A model generated the notes under the pieces. That model searched no databases. It saw only the letters and a list, made by a program, of their open reading frames with translations, and was not told where the DNA came from. Shown here in pieces: positions 30,647-40,200 of a stretch of DNA of 64,000 bases. A program made the translations under genes and the position numbers. This DNA comes from an uncultured Bdellovibrio sp. (GTDB lineage: Bacteria; Bdellovibrionota; Bdellovibrionia; Bdellovibrionales; Bdellovibrionaceae): positions 32,001 through 96,000 of the forward strand of contig CAWVRN010000013.1 in NCBI GenBank assembly GCA_963932905.1, given 5' to 3'. Each line of letters begins with the position of its first letter. Position 1 is the stretch's first letter.

Positions 30647-31667
30647 ATCGATCGATGTATGCAAAAGTTGCTTTAAACGGACAGTCCGCGGTGCTTGCGC
30701 GTTTTGTAAAGCTATGCTTTACAAAACAGCCCAAAGTGCATCGATTAAAATACTTACACTCTAGGCAATTGTATTTTTCCATAAAATTCATTTCCACAGC
30801 ACTGTTGTCATTTGATTCAATTACGACGTCAAATAGCGGCGATACAGATTTGTTTTGTAAAATCAAATTACCACATTTACATTCGGTTCCATCACCAAGT
30901 AAAAGTTTTGAACTACGACAAGACATCGTATTATAGGAATTTTCAATCCATTCCCTGATGGGATTTACTTTTGGAAAGTTATCTACAAGGTATTTAAAAA
31001 ATACAACCAAATCATCATCATTTGGCATCATTAGCTGGTAATCATCTGCCGGAGAATAATAGTCAAAATAGATATAAAAGTTTTTTTCGTACAAATATTC
31101 AAAATATCGATCGCCAGAGTTCAACATCAAACTTATAAGTGGCTTCGTAATAAGCATACTAATACAACTAATTTCGTCGGAAAAAAATTCGACGTTGCTT
31201 TTAAAAAGTTCAAAATTGCTGTGACTAAAGCGCCCCCTCGGATCATAAGATGTGACCAGGTTATATGCGATGTTATTCTTTTTAAGATCGGCGAAGAGAG
31301 CCCGTATTTGGCTCTGTCTATTATTTACTAAGTTTGAAACAAAATTGAAAACTACTTTTTTATTGTTCTTCCGAGTGAATCTATCGACTTCGTCGCAGAG
31401 GTAAAAATAGTCACTTTGCAAATTTTCGTCAAATAGGTCATCGGCAAAAATCTCGCCACCCATTATATTTATTGTAAATTCAAACCGCTCGTCTTTATCC
31501 AGCATTGCGATTAACTGTGGTACTTTATTTCTAACTTCGGCTACCCCTTTTAACGCAGAATGATCTTGCCAACAAAACTTACAGGCCAAGTTACACTTTT
31601 CAAATAGGTGCAAGGTGTACTCTTGATTGGGGCTTCGTTTGTTTTTCAAAACAAAATCGCTTATCAT
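30627..31667 (-). CDS. Radical SAM protein with SPASM/twitch-like C-terminus
   Basis: CNLACKFC, MGGE and CLECKYFNRCTLGC...CP. Confidence 0.88.
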   Translation of the reverse strand: MISDFVLKNKRSPNQEYTLHLFEKCNLACKFCWQDHSALKGVAEVRNKVPQLIAMLDKDERFEFTINIMGGEIFADDLFDENLQSDYFYLCDEVDRFTRKNNKKVVFNFVSNLVNNRQSQIRALFADLKKNNIAYNLVTSYDPRGRFSHSNFELFKSNVEFFSDEISCISMLITKPLISLMLNSGDRYFEYLYEKNFYIYFDYYSPADDYQLMMPNDDDLVVFFKYLVDNFPKVNPIREWIENSYNTMSCRSSKLLLGDGTECKCGNLILQNKSVSPLFDVVIESNDNSAVEMNFMEKYNCLECKYFNRCTLGCFVKHSFTKRASTADCPFKATFAYIDRSTVVNN

Positions 31668-32710
31668 AGTCGAACCTCAGGTTGTCTCTTTTTTACAAGA
31701 ACATTTCCGGCTTCTTTTTTATTTATTTCGATTACTTTTTTTGCTATCTCTTTCATTCCCGAACAGTGGCGTTCTATCGAGTCGTGTTGCTTCAGGTCGT
31801 GGATTGTTTTTTTACATCCGTTGCAAATATTAAACATCGGACATGTGTAACATTCAATTTTAAGTGCATTCAGTTCCGTCTGATTTAGAAGAGGTCGATG
31901 GACATTGACATCTGACATTTCCTGCTCAAAAGAAATGGGATAAAGTCGGTCATCCGCAAATGCCCCACAACTATAGTAGTCACCGGATGGCTGCAAACAT
32001 CGAATATTAGAATCGCAATTGCGATTCTGAGGGCACGTTTGATGACGTCCTGAAAATCTTTGCATCATCTGTTTAGTGTTGTATTCCCAGGGCCATAGTT
32101 CCATTTCATATATTTGCACATATATCTTATAGATTTTGGACAAAATATAGGGCTTTATTTGATCCCCGCTGGCCATCGCATAGTTCAGCTTACATTCGAC
32201 ACCCATCTGCTTAGCTAGTTCGACATTTTTAATTGCCGTGATATCGTTCTCATCGGTGATCACGGAAATGAAATCGGGTCGATAACCTACCTCATTTAAA
32301 AATAAGTCACTGACTCCCCAAAACATGGGTTCAGTATAAACTAAATCTTTTGTTATTCTGCGAGTGTCACCGAAATTAAAAGAGGTTGTAACTGAAACAC
32401 GATGATTTTTAAATAACGGAGCCCACCTAGACGGACTATTTTTAAAAGCCCACAGATTTGAGGTAAAACTTATTGAAGTCGACATTTTTTCCTGATCTAG
32501 AAATTCGATTATTTTCCAATAATAACCAGGATCTACCATCAGTGGATCTCCGCCATTAACAATTATGCTTCCCGTTTCTGGAAAACGTTTTAAAAAAGAA
32601 AATATCGTTTCTAAATCTAAGATTTTAGATTTTTCATCTGTAATATTTGTACTTGAGCAGAAAGTACATTTAAAATTGCATCGCTCAGTTGGTTTTATTA
32701 TTAATTCCAT
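31664..32710 (-). CDS. Radical SAM/SPASM protein
   Basis: IKPTERCNFKCTFC, NGGDPL, GDYYSC and CYTCPMFNICNGC. Confidence 0.9.
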   Translation of the reverse strand: MELIIKPTERCNFKCTFCSSTNITDEKSKILDLETIFSFLKRFPETGSIIVNGGDPLMVDPGYYWKIIEFLDQEKMSTSISFTSNLWAFKNSPSRWAPLFKNHRVSVTTSFNFGDTRRITKDLVYTEPMFWGVSDLFLNEVGYRPDFISVITDENDITAIKNVELAKQMGVECKLNYAMASGDQIKPYILSKIYKIYVQIYEMELWPWEYNTKQMMQRFSGRHQTCPQNRNCDSNIRCLQPSGDYYSCGAFADDRLYPISFEQEMSDVNVHRPLLNQTELNALKIECYTCPMFNICNGCKKTIHDLKQHDSIERHCSGMKEIAKKVIEINKKEAGNVLVKKRQPEVRL

Positions 32711-33804
32711 CAGTAGTTAAAGTTTCCGTATTTGTAAAAGTTGTCATTTACCGTTTTAAATCCTGCCCTAGGAGCCAGACAATCTTTATAGTCTAGTTTT
32801 TCCATCAAATAATGCATTCCCCGCCCCACACAGTTTGAGGCGTATTCGCACCCAGCACATTCTGTGGTTTTTTCAATGTATTTCAATGAATCAACCATCA
32901 TGCGATTCTCGAACTCTACAATTGTATTATAGTTCCATACGGTGTCAGCTCCCAAACCGGCATCGTCTTCATACACAATTAAAGGCTCTCCCAAAAATAC
33001 GGTAGAATATAAATTTCCATTTTTATAGACGTAATCTTTATCGTAGCCCTCATACCTTTTCCCGTAATTAAAGTTCACCTCTTGGCTCTTTTCTTCAATT
33101 ACCGCTTTTTCAAACAGCAGATTAAGATACTTGATTAGGTGGAGAACCTTTTTTTTATTCTCAGGTATCGTCAGAGGCAATCTACCTTCCGATATGACCA
33201 AATCAAGATGACCTTCTGGCCAAATTTGGTTAAAATACTTCGAAAAATCATGAAATTGATAAAGTGGATCATGCTCCTTCTGATATTCATGTAAATTTAC
33301 TATGTTGTACACGTGACCAAACTCACAGTTTGGAATAATACTTTCGAAGAGTTTAATTTTTTCTTTGATACCATTTAAATACTTTTCGTTCCTTAAGTGT
33401 TTGGGCTCTAACGGAACAGTCCATTTAACACGACGGCCAGATAAAATAGGCTTTAATTTATTCGCCCAGTATCTAACGACTTCATGATCTGCTAAAAAGG
33501 TAGAATTTAATACCAGGTTACGAAAATAATCCATCATAGGAATAATGTCTTTATTAAGAATTTCATCGGTATTGCGAGCACTCATAAAATCCGTGGCGCC
33601 AACAGCCAAATTTATCAAGACATGATTGTTATCCTTAAGATCCTGAAACAAATCCATAAGTCGTCTGAAATCATTTCCAATAAATCCGTTAGCGTCGTCT
33701 TTGTTGATACGACATCCTGTACACTTCCACTTACAACCGCTCAAAACCTCTAAATTTATATCAACTAAAAAGTGGGATTGGTAATTAGCCAAGATTTCCT
33801 CCAA
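32710..33804 (-). CDS. Divergent radical SAM-like protein
   Basis: CKWKCTGC and C-terminal CAGCEYASNC...CLAP; lacks the GGE motif. Confidence 0.72.
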   Translation of the reverse strand: MEEILANYQSHFLVDINLEVLSGCKWKCTGCRINKDDANGFIGNDFRRLMDLFQDLKDNNHVLINLAVGATDFMSARNTDEILNKDIIPMMDYFRNLVLNSTFLADHEVVRYWANKLKPILSGRRVKWTVPLEPKHLRNEKYLNGIKEKIKLFESIIPNCEFGHVYNIVNLHEYQKEHDPLYQFHDFSKYFNQIWPEGHLDLVISEGRLPLTIPENKKKVLHLIKYLNLLFEKAVIEEKSQEVNFNYGKRYEGYDKDYVYKNGNLYSTVFLGEPLIVYEDDAGLGADTVWNYNTIVEFENRMMVDSLKYIEKTTECAGCEYASNCVGRGMHYLMEKLDYKDCLAPRAGFKTVNDNFYKYGNFNY

Positions 33805-34855
33805 ACGCTCGATTAACTCGCGCTGAATGATAAAATTTTAATTCTTCCGGATTTTTAAAAAAAGTCGTCGTCGCAAAATCTATAAAATAGTTGTTCAAAG
33901 TTAGACCAAATTTAGATTGCCCTATGAAATTTCTAATTCGGCTATTTAAATCTAAATCTAAAATAGCGTCTATAGAAATATCGAAATTTAACTTTAACCA
34001 TTCAAAGGCAACGTCCAAAAGTGGATTCGGCAAGTACTGTCTTACCTTCGACAACTCCCGCTGAATATCTTTGATATCATAGTGAGACTCTAAAAAATTA
34101 TTTCGATTGACCGCCACCTGTCCATCCATCATAAACTTTAAAAAATTTTCGCTGTAACGTTCTGCATGTTTAGTCATCTCGTCTATGAAAGAGTAACTGG
34201 ACAGCAGTTCAGCTCGCAAATCTAAAAGTAATAAAACTTGTGTTTCTTGAAGATCTTTCGTCAGTTGCTTCTTTGTTCCTTCCGGGAGTGGCATTTTTGC
34301 AGAGATATAATCAACATAGGCATTCTCAAAAGGCAGAATATGCCAATAGTCAAACCGATCTCCGAAAATACCTCTGTTGGATTTTTTTATTGTTTTAGGC
34401 CGCGATGCCTGAACAAATTTATCTATTTTATGAGCCAAATCCTTAGTCAGATTCCCGGCTGCCGTTCGGCTCCTTAGCAGTCTATATTCATATCTATCTA
34501 GTACCATTTGAAATAAAAAGTTGGCCCGAGACTGATCGATATCCGGCATCATGCTAAACACCCAGTCACTGTATACAGCTATAAAATTCTCTACATCACA
34601 GTAGATGATCGTTTGACCTTCAGATTTAATCAAATTACTCCAAAATACACTTAATCCATCAGAGTTTGAACTAACAAAATCAATATAAGAATCTTGGCTG
34701 TAAACGACGTTACCAAAGATTAGTCCTGTTAAATTCTTTTCCTCTTCTGAAAAAACACTCCAGCGATTCCCCGCCTCACCAAAAAACACCAAGTTTTGAC
34801 TGTTTCGTATATCAAAATCAGGAGCCAGAAAAACGTTACCGACTAAGTTAATCAT
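33785..34855 (-). CDS. Hypothetical protein (island paralog family A)
   Basis: MINLVGNVFL...IIYCD...LNNYFIDF; overlaps both neighbours. Confidence 0.7.
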   Translation of the reverse strand: MINLVGNVFLAPDFDIRNSQNLVFFGEAGNRWSVFSEEEKNLTGLIFGNVVYSQDSYIDFVSSNSDGLSVFWSNLIKSEGQTIIYCDVENFIAVYSDWVFSMMPDIDQSRANFLFQMVLDRYEYRLLRSRTAAGNLTKDLAHKIDKFVQASRPKTIKKSNRGIFGDRFDYWHILPFENAYVDYISAKMPLPEGTKKQLTKDLQETQVLLLLDLRAELLSSYSFIDEMTKHAERYSENFLKFMMDGQVAVNRNNFLESHYDIKDIQRELSKVRQYLPNPLLDVAFEWLKLNFDISIDAILDLDLNSRIRNFIGQSKFGLTLNNYFIDFATTTFFKNPEELKFYHSARVNRAFGGNLG

Positions 34856-35930
34856 TCAGCGCCAACTCTGTTAATTCAAAGCCGATATTTTGCAACTCGG
34901 TAGCGGCGTTTTCCATTAAAAACAATAAATATGGATTCAAGTACTCGCGAACTCTTAACGATTTTAGAATTTTAGCTGAAGCTACTTTTTCTTTACTTTT
35001 GGTTAGAATTTCTAAAGTAAAAAATGGAGATGATCGATCAAGAAACACATTTTGAAAAATTGGCGCATATTCATTGTACTGCAATTCCAAGGCTTGCAGA
35101 TGGATTTTACTGTTATCAAATTCAAATAGCAGCTTATAAATTTCAGGGGCGAGCCTTGCAAGTTCATTACGTCGATTTTTCGACCAAGAAATCTGATCGA
35201 TTCCAATCATTTTCTCAATTCTATAATAAGAATCTATCAAAGGCAGCACAACGTCCTCTTCAAATTCTGTCAGACTTCCTACATTCAAAGTATTGAGTGT
35301 ATTCAAAAGCATACCTTGCGAAGGTTTAAAATCACCATTTGTATAGTAATTTACAAAAAACAAATCTAAATTAACTTGATCATACAGTTGCGTCTTGATC
35401 TTCTGATTTATTCTCCAAGCAAATGTATTTTCCCATATGAGTTTAATAAAACCAGCCGAAACGACCTGATGAATTTGATCGTGCAATTGTCCGCTAAAAC
35501 TATGGACAGATATTGACGATTGATTGCCGGCGTTTCCATCAATAAACTTTATCTTTTTTAAAAAAATGTTGATCAAAAAATCAAATGCTTCAAATCCCAT
35601 GTTAGGCAAAATTGTCTTAAACAATTTTGCTTTTAAATAAACCATATTTTCAATATCGCTGAAAATAAAAAGCAAATTGGGTTCTGAAGATTCAATCATC
35701 CATTCAACAAACGCGCTGTCGTCATTTTTGAATTTTTCTTCGACAAACGACCACAGCTGAGAACAACCAAATCGCTGCTTCGAATTGTCTAATTTTAGAC
35801 CGTTTAAGCCTCTGGAAGGGTCAAATCCACGTGCATAGGATTCGTATTCTTTAAAAATTCCTAAATGATTCGCGTTTACATCGAATTCAACAAAATTTTT
35901 TAAAAACACCTTACCAAACAATTGATACAT
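34848..35930 (-). CDS. Hypothetical protein (island paralog family A)
   Basis: MYQLFGKVFL...FIFSD...LNPYLLFL; operon-coupled. Confidence 0.7.
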   Translation of the reverse strand: MYQLFGKVFLKNFVEFDVNANHLGIFKEYESYARGFDPSRGLNGLKLDNSKQRFGCSQLWSFVEEKFKNDDSAFVEWMIESSEPNLLFIFSDIENMVYLKAKLFKTILPNMGFEAFDFLINIFLKKIKFIDGNAGNQSSISVHSFSGQLHDQIHQVVSAGFIKLIWENTFAWRINQKIKTQLYDQVNLDLFFVNYYTNGDFKPSQGMLLNTLNTLNVGSLTEFEEDVVLPLIDSYYRIEKMIGIDQISWSKNRRNELARLAPEIYKLLFEFDNSKIHLQALELQYNEYAPIFQNVFLDRSSPFFTLEILTKSKEKVASAKILKSLRVREYLNPYLLFLMENAATELQNIGFELTELALND

Positions 35931-35933
35931 AAA

Positions 35934-36710
35934 TTAGCTGACCGTAATGCGATCAAGCTCTTTACCTACCAGGTCTATTTGCTGTTCAGTGAACGCCTTT
36001 TTCAAAACTGCGCCTACGACAGCGTAGAGTTCGGGGCTTGATTGCATGGTTTCAGCAAACAAATTTTTTCCGTTATAAAAAAACTCTTCAAATTGAGGTT
36101 TAAAATAAAAAGCGGTCGTAGTTGAAAAAGTTCCGAAATAATTTATATAAAACATAGGCATTTTCAATAAATTCACGAAAGTAAAACCGGTGAATTCCAT
36201 ATCGTCAACAACGGAAAAATGAGCTTCCGGAGGTGAACCTAAATCTCGAAATTCTTTGGAGCAGGTGTATATAAAGGTAGGAATACTATCAAGAAGCACG
36301 ATAAGCCGAAGCATATTATTCATTCGATCTGCGTCTTCCAAATAGTCCCGAACTCGCTCTCTAGAGATTAATGAGTAGGTGTCTAAAATCTGTTGTTCCG
36401 CTTCAGACAACTCGATCCCTTTAATTTCAGCCAGAATTCGAACAATCGAAAATTTTATATTCACCAAATCTATTGTCGATTTAAACGTGACATAGCTATC
36501 AATTAAAGAGAAAAAATCATCTTCAATACTATTTGATTTTTCAAAATAAACATTCGCCACATTAATGTTGCTTAAATAAATCAACAGAGCGCGGTCTTTG
36601 ATTTGACATGCTTTATAATCACCAATGACTTTTAAATCAGGATTGGCGATAACTAATTTCAAGTCATCCATACTAAGCGGAAACTTAGTTCGTAATTCCA
36701 TTGTACTCAT
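35934..36710 (-). CDS. Hypothetical protein translationally coupled to the candidate substrate
   Basis: ATGA overlap with 36707-37354; 258 aa. Confidence 0.7.
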   Translation of the reverse strand: MSTMELRTKFPLSMDDLKLVIANPDLKVIGDYKACQIKDRALLIYLSNINVANVYFEKSNSIEDDFFSLIDSYVTFKSTIDLVNIKFSIVRILAEIKGIELSEAEQQILDTYSLISRERVRDYLEDADRMNNMLRLIVLLDSIPTFIYTCSKEFRDLGSPPEAHFSVVDDMEFTGFTFVNLLKMPMFYINYFGTFSTTTAFYFKPQFEEFFYNGKNLFAETMQSSPELYAVVGAVLKKAFTEQQIDLVGKELDRITVS

Positions 36711-37354
36711 CGGCGCCCCCTAGCGCCATGACAGCTGCCATGGCACGAAGAATGGCACCACGTCTCTACAAAAACTATCGGATTAGCGGCTCTATCATTT
36801 GCTAAATGCAAAGCTAGAGCATCGATGAAAGCAATAATCGGTTGAGATTCCACCCACGAACCAACCCCAGGAAAAGCAGGCCCGATCCCGGCATAATTGA
36901 CGACATCGAAATTCAAATGAATTTGCCCGGCCATAGGCCCATATTGATTAACCATAGTTCCAAAGTTATTATAATTTTTTTGAATTGTATAATTGCGATA
37001 ACGACTAAGCGTTGAGAATACAGTTCTAATAAAACCCGCCACACTGGCTACCGAAACTCGCTGAGCCACATCAACGCCAGCAGCCTGAATTTCCGCGCTC
37101 GTCACCGCAGTGCGAACGGTTTGACCTGCGCCTAACTGACTAGATCCATCTCCCGTCGCCACACCATTTCTAGTTGTGCTGCTATAACTACCAGAAATGG
37201 GCCTATTGTTTACAAAAGGATTGTTATTAGGATCACCGCCGGGACTTCCGCTGTGAGTTTTGCTTGCTGCATTTATAGCCGCCACAGTTATATTAAGTTG
37301 ATCGCGAATTTGATCTCTAAATACCGCATCAATTCTGGTTCCCCGAGCCCCCAC
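36707..37354 (-). CDS. Candidate radical SAM substrate/structural protein with C-terminal (CHxx)3-RGRR tail
   Basis: Gly/Ala/Ser/Asn-rich body; all three Cys lie in the tail WCHSSCHGSCHGARGRR; AGGAG RBS before GTG; lies among radical SAM genes. Confidence 0.7.
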   Translation of the reverse strand: MGARGTRIDAVFRDQIRDQLNITVAAINAASKTHSGSPGGDPNNNPFVNNRPISGSYSSTTRNGVATGDGSSQLGAGQTVRTAVTSAEIQAAGVDVAQRVSVASVAGFIRTVFSTLSRYRNYTIQKNYNNFGTMVNQYGPMAGQIHLNFDVVNYAGIGPAFPGVGSWVESQPIIAFIDALALHLANDRAANPIVFVETWCHSSCHGSCHGARGRR

Positions 37355-37363
37355 GCCAGTCTC

Positions 37364-38521
37364 CTATTCTTTGCCTACAAATTTATTCAGCATTTTTCTA
37401 TATAGGTTGATATCATTTTTTTCTTTTAATTCTTGCATTAACGTCTTGGGCGAGGCACACAGATCCCCCTGCCACGCTAATTGATGACAATCGCCATTAC
37501 ATACATCAAATACGTCACAGGAATAACATATCGGATTTCTTTGAACCTCACACAATATATTTTTCGAACGTCCCGGCGACGACAATAACTCAGGAATAGG
37601 CATAGATAGATGAGCATATGGCTGAGTTGCGGCTGAATTCGGACACCCACCAATGCTGCCGTCCGCGTTCAAAGTGAAAATTTTTTGTTCACAACCCCGA
37701 CATCTACACCCCGTATGGGCTCGATTAACCAAACTAGTTAAAATTGAATTAAAAAACAAATTTGTAAATTTTGTATAAGACTCTAGCTTTACCGTTGCCC
37801 GCCAAAGTTTCAAAAACCAATCGTCCAATTCTTTATTTGTTGGAATGACACCCTGATTAACAAGCGCATTACCATTTGGGGTAATTCTTTCTAGATGCAA
37901 ATACTGAACACCCAAGTCAGCAAACCATTTTAAAAAATCTTCGACATCCATTTGGATAACATCTTTGGACAAACTGATCATAACAGTGACTTCGTGGCCA
38001 TCCTGAAGAAGCGTATTAACATTTTTTCGCCAAAGAGTCTCTTGATGTTCTGACTGAAAACGAATGCCTCTATCCCAAGAGGTCGCAATACCTTGGGAAA
38101 ATGCCGTTTTCATAAACTGTCGTTTTTCATCATCAAGGTTATAAACCAAATTCGTGGTAGCCGACCACCAAACGTTTGGCCACAAATTGCGACAGCTATT
38201 CCATACTTTATACATAGAAGAAATTGGTGCCAAAAATGGCTCTCCTCCATGAAAGGCCACATGACCATTTTTCAAGTGTGGAACAACTTGGTGAAATCTA
38301 TGAAACCAATCAACCACAGCATCTGGGTCAAAAAAAATCTTTTTTCCGTTTTTGCCACTAGTGAAACAATGCGAACAGTTTAGCTGGCAGGTTTCCGTTG
38401 TCTTTAGATAGACCATCAAATCAGAGACCCTTAAAAACGAAGACAGGTTAAGGCCACGCTTAATTTGCGGATCAACAGAACGGTCATTAAAACTTGAGGA
38501 CGTATCTTTTAATTCTATCAT
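37364..38521 (-). CDS. Radical SAM/SPASM peptide- or protein-maturase-like enzyme
   Basis: LKTTETCQLNCSHC, FHGGEPFL, DGSIGGCP and CYSCDVFDVCNGDC...C. Confidence 0.92.
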   Translation of the reverse strand: MIELKDTSSSFNDRSVDPQIKRGLNLSSFLRVSDLMVYLKTTETCQLNCSHCFTSGKNGKKIFFDPDAVVDWFHRFHQVVPHLKNGHVAFHGGEPFLAPISSMYKVWNSCRNLWPNVWWSATTNLVYNLDDEKRQFMKTAFSQGIATSWDRGIRFQSEHQETLWRKNVNTLLQDGHEVTVMISLSKDVIQMDVEDFLKWFADLGVQYLHLERITPNGNALVNQGVIPTNKELDDWFLKLWRATVKLESYTKFTNLFFNSILTSLVNRAHTGCRCRGCEQKIFTLNADGSIGGCPNSAATQPYAHLSMPIPELLSSPGRSKNILCEVQRNPICYSCDVFDVCNGDCHQLAWQGDLCASPKTLMQELKEKNDINLYRKMLNKFVGKE

Positions 38522-38609
38522 CAGCTCTAATCATCGCTGTATGGGCCAAGATGTCAATCCGTTAGTCGCCCTTTCTGCTGCGCAAAGGGACCAGCATCAC
38601 ATAATATGA

Positions 38610-39578
38610 TTAGTTAGCATTTAATCGGCCTTCCAGAAGATTTATTTTTTTTATCAACTCTTGCCGTTTAATATAAACTTGCTTGTGATACTCCCATAGT
38701 ACCGGAATGACTGCTGAATAATTTAATGTAGAAATGCCAGTGGGATTTGACACGCCCGCATAGGGTAAATCCTTTAGAATCTCTTGAGCAATAAAGCCTA
38801 GATGCTGTCCTTTATAGTTTTTGAGCTTGTACCTGTAACCATGAATGGATTCAAAGGTCTGGCCACTGACCGCGATTTTTTTGATGTCAGTTTTCAGAGA
38901 CACGTCGGAAGCATTACCTAGGTGATTCACCCGCAAATTAGGTGCTGTGGCTGCCGGAAAAGCTTCATCAACCAGGACTTCTCCACCGATTTCCACATTG
39001 CCTTCGAAGGTTATGTCTCCTTGTTTAGTTTCAGCTCCATTTATGCGAATAAAGGAATTGCTTAGTACCATCGCGGTCGCACTACCACATGTTGTTACCC
39101 TGCCTAAGCCATCGATCGTGCCCTCAAGAGGTATATGCAGAGTCATTTGTCTGACTCCCTGGCCCTTATTGTATCCATACGTGACAGCGATATTAAACGT
39201 GACATTTGGCGCCGCAACAATAAGATCGGACACCTGCGCACCTATTACGTCCACCGTTCCGTTATTCAAGTCATTTAATGGAAAGGTCAACACCACACCA
39301 TTAGCACCATCACGGATAGTGGGAATATTTTGACCGTTAGCAAGAGCGCCCGCTGTCGCGTTAAACGTATTCAAACAACCCGTTTGTTGATTAAAAAGAC
39401 TGTCCATATTTAAATGCAAGGGCGCTATAAATCTTTCCGATCTAATTAACTGAAGCTCTTCCATAGTTGAAATGTAGAGCTGAGTTGTAGAAAAAATAAT
39501 TCCGGCCAAAAGAGCAACACCCACAAGCAGTTCTGTGAGCGAAATACCTCGCTGATTTCCAACAAATTTAATTTTCAA
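38610..39578 (-). CDS. Type IV prepilin-like protein fused to a C-terminal Peptidase S74-like intramolecular chaperone
   Basis: QRG|ISLTELLVG prepilin motif (TTG start at 39578); SDVSLK...GFIAQEI...LNYSAVIP plus coiled coil. Confidence 0.8.
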   Translation of the reverse strand: MKIKFVGNQRGISLTELLVGVALLAGIIFSTTQLYISTMEELQLIRSERFIAPLHLNMDSLFNQQTGCLNTFNATAGALANGQNIPTIRDGANGVVLTFPLNDLNNGTVDVIGAQVSDLIVAAPNVTFNIAVTYGYNKGQGVRQMTLHIPLEGTIDGLGRVTTCGSATAMVLSNSFIRINGAETKQGDITFEGNVEIGGEVLVDEAFPAATAPNLRVNHLGNASDVSLKTDIKKIAVSGQTFESIHGYRYKLKNYKGQHLGFIAQEILKDLPYAGVSNPTGISTLNYSAVIPVLWEYHKQVYIKRQELIKKINLLEGRLNAN

Positions 39579-39579
39579 T

Positions 39580-40191
39580 TTATTTAACTTTAACCCAGTG
39601 GCGGCCATTAACATCTACCTTCTTTTTTTCCGTTCCAAATATCGTATCGAATTCGGGTTTTTTATAAATAGCCAATAAGCGCTCAGGAAATTTTAACTTT
39701 TCTTCAGTCGTCATTTCACTCAAAATGCCCTCTTCATTGTTTGTCAGCGGTGTACCTGGCTCATATGTATTGTCTACATAGGCCAACACCCAACCACTGA
39801 CAGCGATTGGCACCTGCCGCTGACTCGGATAACGCCCTTGCCCGACAGCAAATCCAAAAGTATCCGAAGCAATTCCTATCGCACTTTTTTGACATCGTTG
39901 ATTGCATATTTTGGCGCCGTCAAATGTGTCATAATAACATTTTCCAAACACGATTTCATCACATACCAGCTGAAAATCTGCTATATCATTCCAGACAGCT
40001 CCCCAAACTTTTTCAGCGGCAAACTCTCCAGAAGCAGCACCACCAAGCGCTGTAGTGACAACTAAATCCACTCCCCCAGCAGCCACAGTTACGACTCCAG
40101 AGCCATCAATGTTACAGGTTTTAATAGTGGCCGCGGATTGAGCTTGCTGACCTATGAAAAGAGTGTGTATCAGTTGGGAAAGTTTTTGCAT
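39580..40191 (-). CDS. Phage tail-like protein with a peptidase G2-like autocleavage/chaperone domain
   Basis: KVWGAVWNDIADF...IGIASDTFGF...VPIAVSGWVLAY...GTPL...WVKVK. Confidence 0.55.
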   Translation of the reverse strand: MQKLSQLIHTLFIGQQAQSAATIKTCNIDGSGVVTVAAGGVDLVVTTALGGAASGEFAAEKVWGAVWNDIADFQLVCDEIVFGKCYYDTFDGAKICNQRCQKSAIGIASDTFGFAVGQGRYPSQRQVPIAVSGWVLAYVDNTYEPGTPLTNNEEGILSEMTTEEKLKFPERLLAIYKKPEFDTIFGTEKKKVDVNGRHWVKVK

Positions 40192-40200
40192 GCTGATCTC

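Noticed and set aside
30627..38521. Cofactor (PQQ, MoCo, heme d1) or anaerobic sulfatase maturation locus
   Set aside because: No companion pathway genes or sulfatase present; a Cys/His-repeat protein inside the operon is a better substrate candidate
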